The notes below the pieces were generated by a model that saw only the letters and a list, made by a program, of their open reading frames with translations, ran no database searches and was not told the DNA's origin. Made by a program: the position numbers and the translations under genes. A stretch of 64,000 bases of DNA, taken from Heptranchias perlo (taxonomy: Eukaryota). Below, piece by piece: positions 58,906-64,000 of the stretch. Each line of letters starts with the position of its first letter. Positions within the stretch are counted from its first letter, which is position 1. Where the stretch lies: positions 434,001 through 498,000 of the forward strand of contig NW_027138881.1 of the NCBI RefSeq assembly GCF_035084215.1, in the 5' to 3' direction.

Positions 58906-61540
58906 CATAGAACGATAGAAAAGATACAGCACAGAAGGGGGCCATTCGGCCCATCGTGTCCGCACCAGCTCAAAGAACAACCAGGTGCCCATTCTAATCC
59001 CACTCTCCAGCACCTGGTTCGTAGCCCTGCAGCTTACAGCACTTTGGGTGCAGGTCCAGGTACTTTTTAAAAAGAGTTGAGGGTCCCTGCCTCTGCCACC
59101 AATTCGGGCAGCAAATTCCATACACCCACCACCCTCTGGGTAAAAAAGATTTTCCTCATGTCCCCTCTAATCCTTCCGCCAATCAGCTTAAATCTATGTC
59201 CTCTACTTCTTGAACTCTCCGCTAGGGGAAACAGGTACCTCCTGTCCACTCTATCTAGGCCCCTCAAAATTTTCTACACCTCAATCAAGTCACCCCTCAG
59301 CCTCCTCTGCTCCAAGGAAAACAACCCCAGCCTATCCAATCTCTCCTCGTAGCTGAAATTTTCAAGCCCTGGCAACATTCTTGTAAATCTTCTCATTACT
59401 CTCTCCAGAGCAATTACATCCTTCCTGTAATGTGGTGACCAGAACTGCGCACAATTCTCCAGCTGTGGCCTTACCAGCGTTTTACACAGATCCATCATTA
59501 CATCCCTGCTTTTGTATTCTATACCTCGGCTAATAACGGAGAGCATTCCGTATGCCTTCTTCACAATCTTATCTACCTGTACTGCCACCTTCAGGGACCT
59601 GTGCACATGCACTCCAAGGTCTCTCACTTCCTCTACCCCTCTCAATATATTCCCGTTTACTGCGTATTCCCTTTTACTGTTTGCCCTCCCTAAGTGCATT
59701 ACCTCACACTTCTCCGGGTTGAACTCCATTTGCCACTTTTCCACCCACTCCACCAACCCATTGATATCTTCTTGGAGTCTACAGCTATCCTCTTCACTAT
59801 CAACTACACGGCCAATTTTTGTGTCGTCTGCAAATTTGCCAATCATGCCCCCTACATTCAAGTCCAAATCATTAATATATACCACAAACAGCAAGGGACC
59901 CAACACTGAGCCCTGTGGCACACCACTGGAAACTGATTTCCATTCGCAAAGACATCCATTGACTTTTCCCCTTTGTTTCCTGTTACTGAGCCAATTTTGG
60001 ATCCAATTCGCCACATTTCCCTGTGTCCCATGGGCTTTTACCTTTCTGACCAGTCTGCCATGTGGGACCTTGTTAAATGCCTTACTAAAATCCATGTAGA
60101 CAACATCCACTGCACTATCCTCATCAATCCTCCCTGTTGCTTCCTCAAAGAATTCAATCAGATTTGTAAGGCATGACCTTCCCTGAACAAATCCATGCTG
60201 ACTATCCCTGATTAAACCATGCCTTTTCAAGTGACAGTTCATCCTATCTCTATTGATTCTAATAGTTTGTCCATCTCCGAGGTAAGACTGACCGGCCTAT
60301 AATTGTTCGGCCTTTCCCTCGTACCCTTTTTAAACAATGGTACTACGCTTGCAGTCTTCCAGTCCTCCGGTACCTCCCCTGTATCAAGTGAGGATTGGAA
60401 AATGATCCTCAGAGCATCCGCTATTTCCTCCCTGACTTCCTTCAATAGCCTAAGAAACAATCCATCCAGCCCTGGTGACTTATCAACTTTCAAGGATTCC
60501 AGTCCCTCTAGTACTTCCTCTCTCGTTATGTTTCCCTTATCCAATATTTCACACCTCTCCTCTTTAACTACTACGTCCGGATCATCCCTTTCCTTTGTGA
60601 AAACAGAGACAAAATATTGATTTAAAGCCCTACCCACATCCTCTGCTTCTACACACAAGTTACCCTTATCATCCCTGATAGGTCCCACCTTTTCCTTAGC
60701 TATCCTCTTGTTCTTAATGTACTGATAAAACATCTTTGGGTTTTCTTTAGTCTTACTAGCTAATGTTTTTTCATGCCCTCTCTTTGCTTTCCTTATTTCT
60801 CATTTTACGTCATCCTTGTACTTTCTATACTCCCCTAGGCTTTCTGCAGTATTTAGTTTTCTGTGACAGTCATAAGCTTTCTTTTTCTGCTTTATCTTGC
60901 CTCGTATACTTCTAGACAGCCAGGGGACTCTAAATTTGACAGTGCCACCCATTTTCTTTGAGGGGACATGTCTGCATTGTACCCGTAGAATTTCAATTTT
61001 TAGTGCCTCCCACTGGCTTGCCACTGATTTCTCCTCAAGTATTTGTGTCCAGTCCACTTCTGTCAAATCACCTCTTAGCTCTGTAAAATTTGCCTTCCCC
61101 CAATTTAAACATTTACTCCTGATTTAACTCTGTCCTTTTCCATAATAATGCTAAAACTAACTGAATTGTGGTCACTATCCCCAATATGGTCACCCACGGT
61201 CACTTCACCCACCTGCCCATCTTCATTTCCCAGGACTAAATCTAGAATTGCATCCCCTCTTGTTGGGCTTGTCACGTACTGGCTAAAAAAGTTCTCCTGG
61301 ACACCGATCAAGAATTTTGCGCCCTCTGTGCCCCTCACACTGTTTGAATCCCAGTTGATGTTCGGGTAGTTGAAGTCCCCTACTATTATTGTTCTCTTAT
61401 TTTTGCACTCAGAAATTTGCCTACATATTTGTTCTTCTATCTCCCTTTCGCTATTCGGGGGTCTATAGTACACTCCTAGTAGTGTGACTGCCCCTTTTTT
61501 ATTTCTTAGCTCAACCCATATGGCCTCGATTGATGATCCA
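58906..61540 (-). mobile_element. Young CR1 (subfamily A), 5'-truncated
   Basis: ORFs 61105-61545, 60239-60733 and 59274-60242. Near-identical to the 35940-39720 copy. Confidence 0.95.
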
Positions 61541-61889
61541 GTCAATCCCTACCTTCCCAATCCAAGGTACTTTTGAGACCTTGGCACTGACTGGTGCCAC
61601 CATTCCCATTTTGCATCAGCAAATGGAATTACACAGGCACTGTCTGTGGTCGGTCCCCTACTAGACATACCTAGGACTGGATAGTCAGTCACCACCTTGT
61701 TCAATGCTCTCAAGTGATATTTGGCCTGCTCAGGACATTGTTGCCTGTATGCATTCCATAGTCGGGGGTTGGGGGGGACCTCCTTTAGTGGGCTTGGACT
61801 CCTACTATTTGTCCAAGATCCTCAACATCATCTTACAGATTTAGGTTCTTTTCCCCTCAACTCCTTGGGACCACCCTACCTAAGGTCCC

Positions 61890-62290
61890 TCTAAGTTTCT
61901 TTACTTGATCTTGGGCTGCGGGCACACTGGCAAGGCTGCACTTCTTGTCCATCTCTGGTACCCTGAAAAGCTGGTGGTGGGCCATCGCCTTGAATTGCTG
62001 CAGTTCTTGTGGTGATAGTTTTTCCCATGATAGTGTGTGAGAGAGTTTTCCAGGATATTGAACCAGGAACGATGAAGAAACAGCGATGCATGTCCAAGTC
62101 AGGATTGTATATGACTTAGAAGAGAACTTGAAGCTAATGATGTTCCTACAACATTGCTTTCTTGTCCTTCTCAGTGGTAGAAGTCACAAGAGAGGGAGGT
62201 GCTGTCAAAGTAATTTTGGTGAAAATCTGTTATCGAGGTCCTGCTGTAGGCTGGCAGGGGATGGTTTATTATCAGAGGAGCTGAACACTG
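61890..62290 (-). mobile_element. Old family-B LINE 3' relic
   Basis: Degenerate match to 7000-7330 and 7790-7870 (LQQDLDN). A similar relic lies at 63375-63590. Confidence 0.65.
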
Positions 62291-62989
62291 ATTTTGAAGT
62301 AAATTCGACCCCAAGGAGACTCGGCAAAGAGCACACAGTAAACACAAACACAAATGAATGGAATAAAGTCCAACTGCAAATTGAGCATGCTGAGCTTAGC
62401 GCCCAAATACAATATGCACTTCCATTCGCATCAAGCTCTGAGTGGGGAGTGCAAAATCCCAACATTTACCAGAAGGAAAAAAATAGTAAATACTGGAAAT
62501 CTGAACTAAAATCAGAAAGTAAAGACACGGCAGCTCCATTAGCATCTGAAAGATAAATGACTGTTTCATGTCTTAGGTGCGGACTGGTGAAAGATTTACA
62601 GTCAAACCTTTCTCTTTACAGATTCTGACAGACCTGCTGTGTATCGACAGCATTTTCCAAGCCTTCTTGTTTCCAAACCATTAATCAAGGCTGCTTGGAT
62701 CAAGTGTTTTCAGGTAGCAGCAGGAGTGAACTTACTTCCAAATTACCATGGGTTACATTTTCTCCATCTTGGCTAACTTAATGTGATGCTGCACTGGCTG
62801 AACTTTGATTTGATTTAGCTGCACTTTGAATAACCGCTCACTTTTGTCATAGTTATAAACAGTAGTGGAGTGCTATTCTGCATGTCCTACAGTGGGGTTA
62901 CCATATGGATCTTGCAGTCTTTGACACCATATCAGGTCTAGAAGTTTCCTGATAACCCACGCAGCACGAACAATTTTGCACATCTACTC

Positions 62990-63360
62990 TCCCAGTCTTT
63001 GGACCTTGCAACTCAACATTTCCTCTGGTTTCTCCCCGTATCTTTCTCTGCTTCAAATATTTATCCAATTTTACCTTAAAAGATGCAATGGTCTCTGCCA
63101 TAATCACTCCCTGTAACAAAGTATTCCACAGTCCAACAACCCTCTCAATAAAGAAATCTCACCTAATCTCCTTATTCTCTCAATGATAATTTTAAATTGA
63201 TGACCCCCTCGTCATTTACTCCCATATCACAGATAATAGTTTTTCCCTATTTACACCATCAAAATCCTTCATAATTTTTAAAACCTCTATAAAATCTCCT
63301 TAGCCTTTTCTGCTCCAGTGGAAATAGTCCCAGTTTCTCAAGTCTCTCCTCATGACTTTG
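62990..63360 (-). mobile_element. Old CR1 3' relic
   Basis: ETIASFKVKLDKYL and a degenerate CR1 3' region. Confidence 0.65.
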
Positions 63361-64000
63361 GTTTCCCATTTTTTAATATTTGTTCTCGGGACCAGCATTT
63401 ATTGCCCATCCTCACTTGTCCTGAGAAGGTGATGATGAGCCTTCTTCTTTTCAGCTCTGCAGTCCGTGTGGCGATGGTGCTCCCACAATGGTATTAGGTA
63501 GGAATTCCAGGATTGTCATCCAGCAACAATAAAGAAACAGCGATTTATATTTAATTTAGGATGTTGTATTGAGTTGGAAGGGAATTTGGAGGTTCTCAGA
63601 TTATTAGGGCTGATTTTCTGTTGCAGGTTTTCCTGCCTAGATTCTGGTGCTAAACAAGCCAGTCTAATGGGGGATGAAGAAAACCTGGTGAGTAGGACAA
63701 ATTTATGGGGATGTGTGGAAAGATAAGGGGCTGCATATGGGGATAAATTGCTTCAGCTTTTCTAAAGTTTCAAGGTGGATTTTAATTATTTGTTGGCTTT
63801 TGCTGAGGCTCAGGGAAAGCGAAGAAACAGCAGGTAATGGCACGGGCTCGATAAGACAAATGGCCTTCTGTGCTGTAACCATTTTATGATTCTGTGATAA
63901 TCATGAAGTGAAAGTGAAAGGAAATTCAAGGCGGAAGCACTAATCGCAATCTGTAGGCAACTGACAGAGTGGCACCACATGTGACCCCAACTTAATAGCT

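Noticed and set aside
26808-60099. Recurrent ORFs such as MYSIPRLITESIPYAFF and MHYLTLL
   Set aside because: Antisense shadows of CR1 RT, repeated only because the element is repeated.

Overview
Repeat-rich vertebrate genomic DNA; the CR1/Penelope/Deu-SINE content and protein sequences suggest a cartilaginous fish (inference). Two host genes missed by the ORF track were rebuilt by hand from splice sites: a complete five-exon Myomaker (MYMK/TMEM8C, + strand, 23632-40370, 219 aa) and, head-to-head with it, the 5' end of ADAMTSL2 (- strand, coding exons 15498-15614 and 5453-5595). A CpG-rich promoter with three GC-rich minisatellites lies between them. The rest is a decayed two-gene Harbinger transposon, many CR1-group LINE copies (several nested or inverted), Penelope fragments with minimal hammerhead ribozyme motifs, L2/SINE relics, and a 5-kb 12-bp tandem array forming an uninterrupted 1708-aa (Gly-Ser-Gly-Val)n ORF whose variation is mostly at third codon positions. 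That array is the most unusual unexplained element. Exon boundaries were read base by base; repeat boundaries are approximate.
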